This document shows, in pieces, positions 1 through 11,160 of a stretch of DNA of 64,000 nucleotides. The stretch spans positions 19,632,403 through 19,696,402 of the forward strand of contig JARFYF010000050.1 in the NCBI GenBank assembly GCA_030265395.1, read 5' to 3'. The translations under genes and the position numbers were made by a program. The notes beneath the pieces are model-generated. The model ran no database searches. It was given only the letters and a program-made list of their open reading frames with translations, and had not been told where the DNA came from. This DNA comes from Rhina ancylostomus. Its lineage: Eukaryota. Position 1 is the first letter of the stretch. Every line of letters begins with the position of its first letter.

Positions 1-600
1 ATTAGCCTGTTCTATGCTGACTTCACATTTGTCAATGTCCCTCTCCCTATTGAGCATTGAAGCAAAGTATTCATTTAAGGACCTCCCCTACCTCCTTCCC
101 CTCCAGGCACAGTTTTCCCCCTTCATCCCTGAGCGGTCCTTCCCTCACTCCAGTTCCTCATGTATATATAGAATGCCTTGGGGTTTTCCTTAATTCTACT
201 CCCTAAGGCCTTCTCATGATTCCTTCTAGCTCCCCAAGTCCCTTCTTAAGCTCCTAACTGACCACCTTATAATTTTCAAGACCCCTGCCTGATTTTTGCT
301 TCCTAAAGCTCAAGTATGCTTCCTTCTTCCTCTTGACTAAATATTTCACTTGTCAACCATGGTTCCTTTACCCTATCATCCTTTCCCTGTCTCAATGGGA
401 CAAACCTATCCAGAACTCTATGCAAGTGTTCCCTAAACAGCCTCCAAATTTCTTCTGTGCATTTCCCTGAGAACATCTGTTCCCAATTTACACTTCCAAG
501 ATCCTGCCTCGTACCGTGGTAATTAGCCCTCTCACAATTAAAAACTTCCCCATATCATCTGCCCCTATTCCTGTCCATGGCAATGAGAAAGGTCAGGTAG
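1..600 (-). mobile_element. CR1 LINE ORF2 fragment (endonuclease-RT linker), continues beyond window start
   Basis: Manual minus-strand translation of ~540-350 gives NCERANYHGTRQDLGSVNWEQMFSGKCTEEIWRLFREHLHRVLDRFVPLRQGKDDRVKEPWLT, typical of the CR1 ORF2 linker. Confidence 0.85.
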
Positions 601-1411
601 TCTGGCAATAAGTTCCTAAGCCTTGCCCTAATACATTTGCCATCTTACGTTTTAGCATTCCGAACACATTTCTTTGTTTCATTTTTGTTCAAAACTCAAT
701 TCCCCAAACACTGCTCAAGATTCTCTGGGCATACATTTTTCTATTAGTTTGATGATATTGAGCAAGTGAAAGCTGGTTTCTTCTTCTAGGGCTCTTTCAG
801 CTGCTTGTAGTAGGGTTTTGCTCTTTGTGTCCATCACACATCTGACATGTTGCTACTCCGACTTAGTGACCCTTTTGCTAGTTTCTCTTTCCCGAAAACC
901 AATAAATAAGACAGCTGCGGATGTCCTGGTGACATTGTCAAGACTGTGACTGACCCTGCTGGTTGCTCTGGGATGATGCCCCTGCTGACCTTTGTCTACT
1001 GAGTCTGTCAGATTATGCCAAGAGTGAGAGGACTTTTTAAATCAGCCTGATGTGAGTGGCAGGGGCACCATTTCCACTCCCTCACTGACTCAGGCCTGCA
1101 GACATTATAGTGTTGATCACCTGGACAAGGACAAATGCTTTGCTCAGGACCTAAATTCAATGTTCCCAGGTAAAAAGAAACAACTCTTGTGGATTTTTTG
1201 AAGAAGTTCCACTGATGTTGCAGAGATCTGAATGAATTAATTGAAAGGTTGCTTGCTCTCAGGCTGGCTGTTACTCTCCTGAAGATGTTCACATTGAAAC
1301 TTTTTTATAATTTTAATTTATAATATGTTTTTGGTTATAATTTAACAAGCCATGGCTCAGACATTTGTAATGGGGTTTGAGAGTTTTGTTTTAACTGCTC
1401 CCTTTGTGAAG

Positions 1412-1790
1412 GGCTCTGGCAATGACTGGCAATGCCAGCATTTGTTTCCCATCCCAAATCACCCCTGAACTAAGCACCTTGCTGGTCCATTCAAGGAGGG
1501 CATTTAAGGGCCACCCACACTGTTAAGATCCAGAGTCACGTACATGCCAAACCAGATGAAAATGACAGATTCTCCTACTAAAGTTACGTTAGTGGACCAG
1601 ATGGATTTTTCCAAGAATCCATCAGTTTTATGGTCAGCATTACTAATCACTAACATTTTTATTAATTCCAGATTATTAACCAAATTTAAATTCAACAGCA
1701 AATATGGTGAGATTTGAACTCAGGTTGATGTCAGCCTCTGGATTACTAGTGCAGTTAACTAAACCATTGCAGCAGAACCATATCCTTATA
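1412..1790 (-). mobile_element. Decayed tRNA-derived SINE with CR1-clade-type tail
   Basis: B-box-like GAGTTCAAATCTC on the minus strand at 1709-1721. Internal blocks are shared with copies at 25140-25400 and 28285-28640. Tail GCCAGCATTTGTTTCCCATCCC resembles the LINE 3' ends at 10805 and 18190. Confidence 0.7.
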
Positions 1791-2149
1791 ACCAAACCAC
1801 AATGGACAGGAAATGAATGCGTACACAGCTATTTTACTATAGAAAGGTAAGCAGCTGCACAATAGTATGAACATTTCATTTTGTTGGCATTGGAAGGATA
1901 GGCAGAGAGGTAAGTGGCAGGAAAGAGAATAGAGCAAAGCACTGATTAAGACAGCAGAGGGATGGGGAACAGAAGTTTCTCATTGTAGCAGACGGTCGGC
2001 CATTTATTTAAGAAGATGCAACAGCAATTAGCCAGCATATCAGGTGATCTACTGCAGCAAGACTGCTGAATTCCACACCAGCTGAGAAAGCTGTTGTGCA
2101 AGGCCACTCTCTGGTGACACTCCCACTACTGCCTTGTCCTGAAAGGACC

Positions 2150-2340
2150 TCTGGTCAGGTGAAGAAAAGTTGTCAGTGAGTGCCAAGGATGTGGATTGGG
2201 ATTATGTGAGGGAAACTAAGGATGTAGAAGATATGCAAGAGATGGAGAAGTCCATGATCAGACGTGCGGCACAGAGGGAAAGGATTAGAATGGGAAGAGG
2301 ACTCAGGTGTGATTTGGAAGTGAAAGGTGGCCTTGGCAAA
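2150..2340 (-). mobile_element. Possible old L2 LINE endonuclease fragment
   Basis: Purine-rich plus strand; the minus strand loosely resembles the L2 endonuclease PTH..G..LD region. Highly decayed. Confidence 0.3.
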
Positions 2341-3689
2341 TTTAAAAAAGCCTTAATAGACATCCAACACTTGCAAAAGAGCATATTCAGCTGGGCTATA
2401 AACTTCATAATTAAACTTTGTAATTTCACATTTCAAATGCACCTTTACAACCCCAAGCTCTGTACCTTCCCTGAACTGATGAAGGACAGTTGATTCAATG
2501 GATGAGGGTAGATTTAATAGTTCAAAACAGTCCAATCTTTTCACCCTCTCTCAGGAACCAGGTTGAAACACTATAGGCTGGGAAGAAGATCTTAATTCTC
2601 TATAACATTCAATGTGGAAAAACTAAGGATTGAATGAATGAAGAAGAAAGTGAGAAGTGAACAATTCAACTTCCTCTCCATCTTAATATCTCCTTATTTG
2701 CATCACTTTATGTTATGAGCTGTTCAAGGAAAAAAAATCTCCAGATTAGGAAATCCTCATAAATGTCTAGTTGAGTTGTTGTGTGTATCTTTAAGGCAGG
2801 CTGTCCAAGTTTCAGCCCGAGTCAACTTAGTCCTATTCAAAATTATATTTGTAAATTGTCCCATTTAGAATTTCCGGTTCTGAGAAGTTACAAAAATGAT
2901 TTTGCAAGTGATATCGCATTTACTGATGAATTCTTGAATCAAAACATAAAGGCTTGTTTGGATCAGAAGTTTGATTCAGATGAATTGTGAACATGGATTT
3001 AAATTTTATTTGTTGGCCAAATTTGCAGCCCACAAAAGGAATAAACTTGGACATCCTCGCTTAATGGGTGCAAAACTCAATTGCTATTAAATGATCACCT
3101 GCAGTGATCAACTAAAGTTGGTGTTCTACTACAGGAAAATTTGCACTAATTCAGTTTTCAACTTGCTCTGTCTCACTATTCTGAAATGTGCCACTGAAAC
3201 TGGACTGGACTCCCTATAGTGGTTAAAATGCACCAAACAAAAAAAAAGTTTAAAAATAATTTTTTTAGTCATACTATCAGGTGACTTCCTGTGCTGTTCC
3301 TCAGAAGATGACCTTTTTCAGAAGATCAGAGCACGTGAAATACATTATTCTAATCAGCCACTGCTAAAATATACTGGTTAATTCCAAAGCAAAGTTTGTT
3401 TTGTACTAAAGCAACATTGATATTGAAAAGCATAAATGGAAAAAGTTGGGAGTTGTTTGATCTTGGATGGTTCGGGGTTGGAAGGAAGGGCTCCTTTTGG
3501 ATTCAGTTTTGATCATAGTGGATTAGTTAATTACTTCAACTTGGCATCAGGAAAACAATGTCACCTTTTTGCTTGTCTCTTTACAAATCAGTGAGGAAGA
3601 TTACAGAAAATTCCAAGAGTCATGGTCAAGTCAGAAGGGAACCAAAGCAATTTTAAAGTGATGGAGTGTGAGTGAATGTATATTGGACA

Positions 3690-3890
3690 TGCACAATCAA
3701 TGAGAGGGTACTGTCAGGCTGGAGGAACAGAGAGATTTTTAAAGTGCAAATTCAGGTTGGTAAAGCCATAAGAACAGCCAAGAGCATTCTGAGTTTTATA
3801 AATTGGAGCCAAGAGAGCTGTACCAAATAAGTAACAATAAATTTAGACAATTTAATAGCTCAAATTGTGCTCCTTTTTAGCCAACGATTC
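3690..3890 (+). mobile_element. Old CR1 LINE ORF2 C-terminal fragment
   Basis: GGAGGAACAGAGAGATTT...CAGGTTGGTAAAGCC...GCATTCTGAGTTTTATAAAT matches the CR1 EEQRDLG...QV.K...ILGFI pattern. Confidence 0.5.
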
Positions 3891-4659
3891 CACACAGAAC
3901 TGATGGCAAACAATACTGCATGGTTCAACACATTCCTGACACTGCCACATGGAAAGCAGGAATAGGCTGGAAGTCAGATCCAGTGCACTTGACCTCTCAC
4001 TCCCCCTCTGGGCTCAGCATGGAGTCCAAAGGAAGCCCTATGATTTTGCTGAGCCAATGGGCCAGATATATTTGGTATTTGGCTTCACAGCTTTACGCTG
4101 GCCACAGATGGAGTATGAAGGCAAAGATTCCACAGTTGGAGTACGTAGTGCAGTCCTTGTATTTGAATGGGGGCACTGATCTGGATAGGAAAAGTAAATG
4201 GATGGTGTTTTTTCTTTGCTTTAATTAATATTACTATTTTAATTTTTATATCTTAATATATTTCTAAATACATACATTTCTTCTTTTCAACTTTTTAAAA
4301 TATATATTTAAATTTATTTTAAATTTAAACAGCAGAAAAGGCCTTGGTAGGCATGAGTTTCAAAATGCCATCAGGGTGTTCCAGAGGCAGGACCTTGGGA
4401 TTCTCCACCTGAGGCCTAGCCCCTGTTCGCAGACTAATCCACTTTATGGGATAGCCAAGGTGAGAGGCCTGGAATTTGGTTCATCCCCTGGGTCTCATAA
4501 TGTTGGTGTGGCTCTGGGGAGTGTGCAGAGGTGGATCAGATCAAGCATGATCCAGCCCAATCATTCGCAGACCATGTGTAGTCCTGGATATCCCCTTGTA
4601 CAAAAGAAATTCAAGTGAAAGTTTACTAGAATGAGAAACTACAGGAGCAAAAAGACACT

Positions 4660-4840
4660 CAGAATGGCAGGCAGACTTTCCCTTTTTTTCTCTCTTCCCC
4701 TCTCCATTTTCTCTGCATCCTGTGCCTATTCTCTTCTCTTTTCTAGATTCTGATGACAGGGTGTCAACTGAAATGTTAACTTCATTTCTCTCTTCAAGGA
4801 TAACCTGGTGAGCATCTGCACCATTTTCTGTTTTTATTAT
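4660..4840 (+). mobile_element. Old Penelope-like element 3' (pLTR) remnant
   Basis: Pyrimidine tract, then TTCTGATGACAGGGTGTCAACTGAAATGTTAAC...CATTTTCTGTTTTTATT, the same terminal motif as the copies at 20610 and 60626. Confidence 0.55.
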
Positions 4841-6329
4841 TGAGATACTGAGGATATTTCTGCCGGGGTCAAAAAAATGAAAATGAAAGAATTATGATGG
4901 GTTCCAACTGAGTGAATAAGGGATTATTAATTCTCTCACTGAGGAGTGATGAGAGACTCTTAATCTGATGTTATCATTAAGAGCATGATTAAAATAGAAT
5001 GGGTGCAATATGTTTGTATAGAGAATATCCTGCCATAGATAGCTATGGGTGAATTTTAAAAGGCAAGGGAAATTTTGCAGAGAATTTTTGCCAAAATACA
5101 AATAATTTTGCTTTAACATAGATTGGTAATTCTTTCCATCATAGTATTCAAGTAGATTTACTAGGGACATGGAATATTATTGGCAGGATGAATTACAGAA
5201 TTTTTGAATCTTTTAAAAATTGAAACAAATTTGTCAAGAGATGTTCCACAGGAACTCATTATTGCCAGGCATATTCCTTATTAAAGGTAACAGAAACACA
5301 CAAAATTGTATCAAATGAACCCATAATTAAACAAAGGACCTTTCTTGCAAAAGTATTTCCATCCATTCTTAGCTAATAGGCTGAAAGTGTAGCTCTTGAT
5401 TTTGTAAGTGTAGAATAACTTATAGATTTTGATTTGAATTTTCTGTTTTCACCTTCTACATTGTTAAAAGTCCTGTTAAAATGATGACTAACTGACTGAG
5501 CAATTTCCCAGGCTGCAGAACATATTACATACACAACACATAAGTATTGTAATCCGATATCAACAGTACAATTATTTCTCACACTAAGACAGATCACAAT
5601 TCAGATGACTGTAGGCTCTAACAAGAGTCGAACATGAGTCGAACATGTTCTCCTAATTCAAATGCTTAACTTTTCTGTATCTGCTAACACATTTATAATA
5701 GTCATGAAACTGACAGTGAAACATCTGTTGTCTTAACTCCACTGGGCAGTACATTGTTTCAATATAATTTTTGTTTGATTCCTTCACTTCTTCTCCTAAA
5801 GGCATTGGTTCAAGTTTGGGTGTGGTGCCAAGAAAACCAGTCACATTGATATATTTCAGCCAAGTGCAATTCTGCATGAAAAAGCTTGGGCAAGTCTCCA
5901 CGAGGCCTTCACCATCAAGGTCCATCTTGCCCTGGGCTTCAAGAGAAAATTACTGAACTTGCAATTTATGAGAAATATTAATCAAGGTTAGAAGAAACAG
6001 CTTCAAAGATTGGGCTATAATTAGAGATAGAGAACAGAGAATGTGGTTGGCCAATTCCACTCAGCCAGTCCAGCTCAGAGGGTCAAGTGTTACTGATATT
6101 TCCTTAAATGCTCATGTTGAAACTCCAGGTTAAACAAATTAAAAGGGACAATTTTAACCTTGGCAACTGGGTGCATGGGCAATTAAGACTGTTTGGGTTA
6201 TTCATGCATTTCAAGGACACTGGGAGTTTGAGTTTCCCAATTTTGCTCTGATTAGCTGACAAGTGAGCCAGAGCTGAGACATTTTCTTCTCAGACACTCT
6301 GGTTAGAAGTAGACTGCAGTTTTTAGTTG

Positions 6330-6850
6330 GTGTCCTGAGTGAAAACCTGGAATGAATTTCCAGAACCAAACTGCTTAGAGTCATAATAGGAGTTTCCTTC
6401 CTTGTCAGGAGCACTCCTCTGTGAAGCTGAGAGGAACATGATGCACACCTTATCACAAATTATAATGGCAAGGTCGTCCATATACTTGGGGTCAGGCATC
6501 TGCCCCTGTGAGGGAAACCAGGGCCAATATTCCAACAGAATTATAACTCTCTAGTAGTCTACCATAGATCTGGGAAGAACACACATAAAAAGAAGGAAAT
6601 TTTGTCCCATTCTTAAGGCACTAGAAGTTCCTGCTTAGGATTTGCTCCATCTTTTATTCTGAAACCTTACATAACTCTGCAGCTTCAACCCTTAAATATC
6701 CTGTTGTGGGAAAATGTCTACTCATGGCCCAAACCAACCAGAACTCCCCAGTCCCATCTCCAATCTCATCCCAAAAGGCATAGTCAAGTTACTACTCACT
6801 TCCACCATATTTTCTGATTTTAATTGTGTGTTCCACCCAAACACCAATGA
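6330..6850 (-). pseudogene. Putative decayed fibrinogen-related domain (FReD) relic
   Basis: The minus frame 6788-6657 reads LDYAFWDEIGDGTGEFWLVWAMSRHFPTTGYLRVEAAE. After a frameshift it reads FRIKDGANPKQELLV. This is colinear with the FReD motifs FGDxxGEFWLG..HxLTT..YxLRVE..FRIxD. Stops and frameshifts are present. Confidence 0.35.
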
Positions 6851-7214
6851 GAACCATTGGACCTCTGCTTCCTGCAAAAGGCAACAGTGAAATTGCACAC
6901 CAATGGTTAAGACATTTTGCCAGGGTCTCAACAAGTTGCCGTATTTATGGTCCCGAACAAGCGTGTGACCAATAACATTCCTCGATGGAACTGATACTTA
7001 TTGGAAACTCAATGGTAATGTAAAGGTCTAGGCATGGAGACCTTGCCTATGCTCCTCGAAGGTTGCTTCATCTATCTGAACCTCATCATTTGATAGTCTT
7101 CAACAGGATGAATCAATGTCTCATCTGGGACATCCGTTCCAACAATAGGCAGCAGCAGTACTGCAGCTGCATCGATCACACGTAAGGGAACAACGAATAG
7201 TTGTTGAAGAGAGG

Positions 7215-7848
7215 ACCACCAGCCTTCTCAAATTAGCTGTTCTCTTGTGGTGTTGCTTCTCAAGAGAAAAAAATAAAATTTGTGATTCCTTTGTTTTTGA
7301 TATTAGTATTGAATGGAGCTCTTTTACCACCCAAACCCAATGATACTGGCAGGGAGATAAGATTCATAGATTCAAGTTTCAGCATCTGATACGGTACCAT
7401 ACATCCAATTGTCTAATCTAACTTTACTGCCAAATGTTTATAATTGCCTTTGATCATGCTATGCACAACTATTTAAGTTTAAACCATAGTAGCTTGGCTA
7501 CATCATAAATGGTGATGATCATGAAATTTTGAGAACTAGCATTGATTTATAATCCAATTATAATCAAATGTGTCTAACTATGAGATCAATATTCTCTCCT
7601 TGCAATGAATGTACTTTCAAATATCAAGTATCACCAGCATTCTCCATTTAGCTGTTCTCCTGTGGCGTTGCTTATGGAGAGAAATAACATTTGTGATTCT
7701 TTTCCATCATATAACTATTTCTTTATTTGTTTTCTATCTTATGGAGAGAGCTCTTTTATCATCCAAACCCAAAGTTACAGACAGGGAGATAAGATTAATG
7801 CGTTCAAGTTGCAGCATCTCATACCTTACCAATAGATGTAATTGTGTA
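7215..7848 (+). repeat. Diverged local direct duplication, two ~200-bp copies (7215-7415 and 7630-7848)
   Basis: Shared ordered blocks: TTAGCTGTTCTC, TTTGTGATTC, GAGCTCTTTTA, CCAAACCCAA, CAGGGAGATAAGATT, TTCAAGTT, CAGCATCT. Confidence 0.85.
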
Positions 7849-8039
7849 TACCTTCTTCCGTATTTGTGCCTTCTATCTCCAGATCGTTTCTGAAATGCAA
7901 GGTATTTATCCCGATACTCACACTAAATTCAAACTTTACTCCATTTCTAAAACTTAGTTTTAATCAGCAGAGCTCAGATTTCAGAAATGAAGTTGAACAT
8001 ACAAATGCATACTTAGCACAAGCCGCCAAGGTAGAATTT

Positions 8040-8860
8040 TTGGAGCAACACACAAAGAAGCTGGAGGAACTCAGTGGGTCAGGCAGCATCTATGGAGGGA
8101 AATGGACAGTCAACATTTTGGGTCGAGACCCTTCATCAGGACTGGAAAGAAAGAGGGGAGATAACCAATGTAAAAAAGTTGGGGGGGAAGGGGTGGAGCA
8201 AGAGCTGGCGGGTGATAGGTGGATCCAGGTGGGGGGGGGTGATGGACAGATGAGGGAGAGGGGAAAGAGTAGGAATGATGCAAGAAGCTGGGAGATGATA
8301 GGTGGTAGTGACAAAGGGCTGAAGATGGAGGAATCTGATAAGACAGTGGACCATGGAATAAAGGGAAGGATATGAGGAGGGGAACCAGAGAGAGGAATGT
8401 GTGGGTGATGGGCAGATCGAGAGGATGGGAGGAGGGGAAAGAGATGGGATGTTGGAACTGGTGGGTTAAGGGGAAAAGAAAGCGGGGGACAGAGGGGAGC
8501 AGTTACTGGAAGTTAGAGACATCAACGTTCATGCCATCAGGTTGGAGACTACCAAGGCAGAATATATTGTTCCTCTAATCTTGGAAGTAGAGGGGGCTGT
8601 GGACAGACATGTTGATGTGGGTGGTGTGGGAACAGGAAGTGGAATTAAAATGGCTGGGCACCAGGAGATCCTAGCTGGTATGACATACAGAGTGAGAAGT
8701 TTCTTCCCCACCCANNNNNNNNNNNNNNNNNNNNNNNNNNNNNNNNNNNNNNNNNNNNNNNNNNNNNNNNNNNNNNNNNNNNNNNNNNNNNNNNNNNNNN
8801 NNNNNNNNNNNNNNAGTGGACATAAAATGGCTGGCCACCGGGAGATCCTAGCTGGTGCGG
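8040..8860 (-). mobile_element. Penelope-like retroelement 3' part: GIY-YIG C-terminus plus pLTR (interrupted by assembly gap)
   Basis: The minus strand 8580-8503 reads RLEEQ...CLGSLQPDGMNVDVSNFQ* (Neptune-type GIY-YIG end, LxxLxPxGxN). A pyrimidine-rich UTR follows, then a pLTR with a hammerhead-like core at 8107-8144. Confidence 0.85.
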
Positions 8861-9480
8861 TGGATGAATTTTTATCCCAGTTTTCTTATTCACGTATTCA
8901 TATCTGATTGGCATTTGAGTCCCTCATTTTCTACTGTGTCTGAATCCGTCTCCCTTTGATCCTTTGTCTTTCTCTATCACACACAGTATTTATGACATTT
9001 TCCACTTATATTTCTCTCCAAGTCTTTCTGGCTACATAACAACATTAGATTTTTAAAGTAATTCATTGGCTCTTCAGAGACCGTGGCAAGTTGTTATGTA
9101 AATGAAAGATATTTCTCTCTATTCTCTGTATGTGTCCTAATCTTTGCAAGCACCTTCCACGCAGCTTCTGTATCAGTTTTTTCTGTGTATGTATTTCTCC
9201 TGTTTTCCTTTCCCCAGTACTGTGCACACCTTAAACACACAAACTTCAATTCCACATCTCATTTCCTGTTTACTTTTCATATTTGTTTCATCTCTTTGCT
9301 TTTTTGATGTTTTCTACTTCATTGATACGTTATTGCAGCCTGCATTGCATTTTTGTAAGTACTCTGTTTGAGAGAAATACTATGTGATTGGCTCTATGCA
9401 TCTGCAGATGTTCAGATAAGGTGTGTAAAGCAGACATGCACACTACTGAGGAGCAAGGTAGGCATTTGTGAGCTGTGGAG

Positions 9481-9765
9481 TAAGATTATATACAAGTCAC
9501 ATGTACATCGAAACACAGTGAAATGCATCTTTTGCGTAGAATGTTCTGAGGTCAGCATGCAAGTGTTGCCACGCTGCTGGGGCCAACATAGTATGCCCAC
9601 AGCTCCTAACCAGTATGTCTTTGGAATGTGGGAGGAAACCGGAGCACCAGGAGGAAACCCATGCAGACACAGGAGAACATACAAACTCCTTGCAGACAGC
9701 AGCGGGAATTGAACCCAAGTTACTGGCGCTGTAATAGCGTTATGCCAACCACTCCTCTATGCGGG
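9481..9765 (-). mobile_element. V-SINE (HE1-like), Rex1-type tail
   Basis: tRNA-like head with B-box GGTTCAATTCC; V-domain GGAGTTTGTATGTTCTCCTGTGTCTGCATGGGTTTCCTCCTGGTGCTCCGGTTTCCTCCCACA; tail TTTCACTGTGTTTCGATGTACATGTGAC. Confidence 0.9.
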
Positions 9766-10804
9766 CGAAATACTAAAGGCAANNNNNNNNNNNNNNNNNN
9801 NNACTAAAGGCAAATAAACGTCATGAGTACTACTAATGGATAAAGATACAGTAAAGCACTTGCATATCACCTTTGACAACTTTGATGTCCAAAAGGATTT
9901 TATATCCAATCAAATGCTTTTTTTAAAAAAGTCAGGGTTTTGTAATTTGGGACAGATACTGAGCCCTCAGATCAAGTACAGGCAGAGGGACAGGCAAATG
10001 AAATCCAAAGTTGTCTTGGGATCCAAGCTGCAGGAAAGGAGCTCTCACAAGGACTGAACAGGGTGGGTATGTGTAAGTACAGGGTAGCTCTATTTGAAAT
10101 TTGTTCTCAATTGTATACCATGCAGCAATATATGTGTTGAATTCCAGTTTTGACATCAACAGAACCAAATTTAAGATGTAGAAATCAATGCAATTGTTAA
10201 TATATCACATTTAGCTCATAAAACAAACAAATTTCTATGCCGATTTCTAGTCATTTGCTTGCGTATACTACAAATTCTTGTTATTAGGTCAGCGAGGGAC
10301 ATAATTTTCCTCAAAAGACATTTTTTTCCAGGAGATGTGATTGATTTCTTTTTTGTAAACTTTGAGTGAATATGATTGCTCAGTCAATCATGATGTTTGA
10401 CACACATCAGACACATCCTCTAATTGGTATAGCTCCAGTTGAGCCAGCAGTACTGTAAGACCATACAGCACTTCATGTTTAACATCACTGACATTTCCTC
10501 GTCTAGCCTAGTCATTATCCACAATTCCAGATGCAAACTGAGATAGATGAAGTCATCATGTGGAAATTTGCAACCGAGTTACATTTAAAAGAGCTGAAAA
10601 TCTAAAAAACTTCCAGAGAACATTATTGGCATCTAGGCATGCCCATGTTCACATGGTACCATGAACAGCATGATGGATGGTGATTGGAATGCAGAATAGC
10701 TATTTGCACCATTCTGTGATACCAGAGGGTTTTGAGGACAAATTTTCCCTGAGAAAAGGAGCCTCCTGTTAAATACCTTCTGAATGCCTCCTCCCTATGA
10801 TGTA

Positions 10805-11160
10805 TGCCAGCATTTTTTTCCTTCAGGTAGGCCCTTCAAAAGATGGTGATGGGCTGCTTTCTTGAACCACTGCTATCTTTCTAGACAGACGTTGGGTCGG
10901 GAGCTCCAGGATTTAGACCCACAGATGATAAAGAAATGATGATACTTTTCTACATTAGGATGGTGAGAGATTTCAAGGGGAATACATAGGTGGTGGTGTT
11001 TCTATGGACTTGTTCCCTTGTCCTTCTTGGTGAAGAATGTAATAGGATTGAGAAGTGCTTTTGGAGTAACTTGGGAAAAGAAATGAAGTGCATTTTGTAG
11101 ATGGTACACACTGCAGTATAGATGGTACATCGTGCAATGTAAGATGATACACAGTGCAGG
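10805..11160 (-). mobile_element. CR1/L2-clade LINE 3' end, decayed
   Basis: TTCTTGAACCACTGC...GGGAGCTCCAGGATTTAGACCC...GTGCATTTTGTAGATGGTACACACTGCAG (minus-strand AVCTIYKMH and SKSWxSL-like motifs). Similar to 18190-18350. Ends in a degenerate ~21-bp triplication of AGATGGTACAC. Confidence 0.7.

Noticed and set aside
7842-8375. Longest ORF in the track (177 aa, plus strand)
   Set aside because: Runs antisense through the purine-rich Penelope pLTR/UTR; no protein family signature.
8638-8858. Repeated AGTGGA..AAAATGGCTGG.CACC.GGAGATCCTAGCTGGT, and ORFs 8542-8907 and 8645-8914
   Set aside because: Duplicated across a gap; the ORFs stay open only because they read through Ns.
9772-9813. ACTAAAGGCAA on both sides of 20 Ns, as a possible TSD
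   Set aside because: Cannot be distinguished from a contig overlap.
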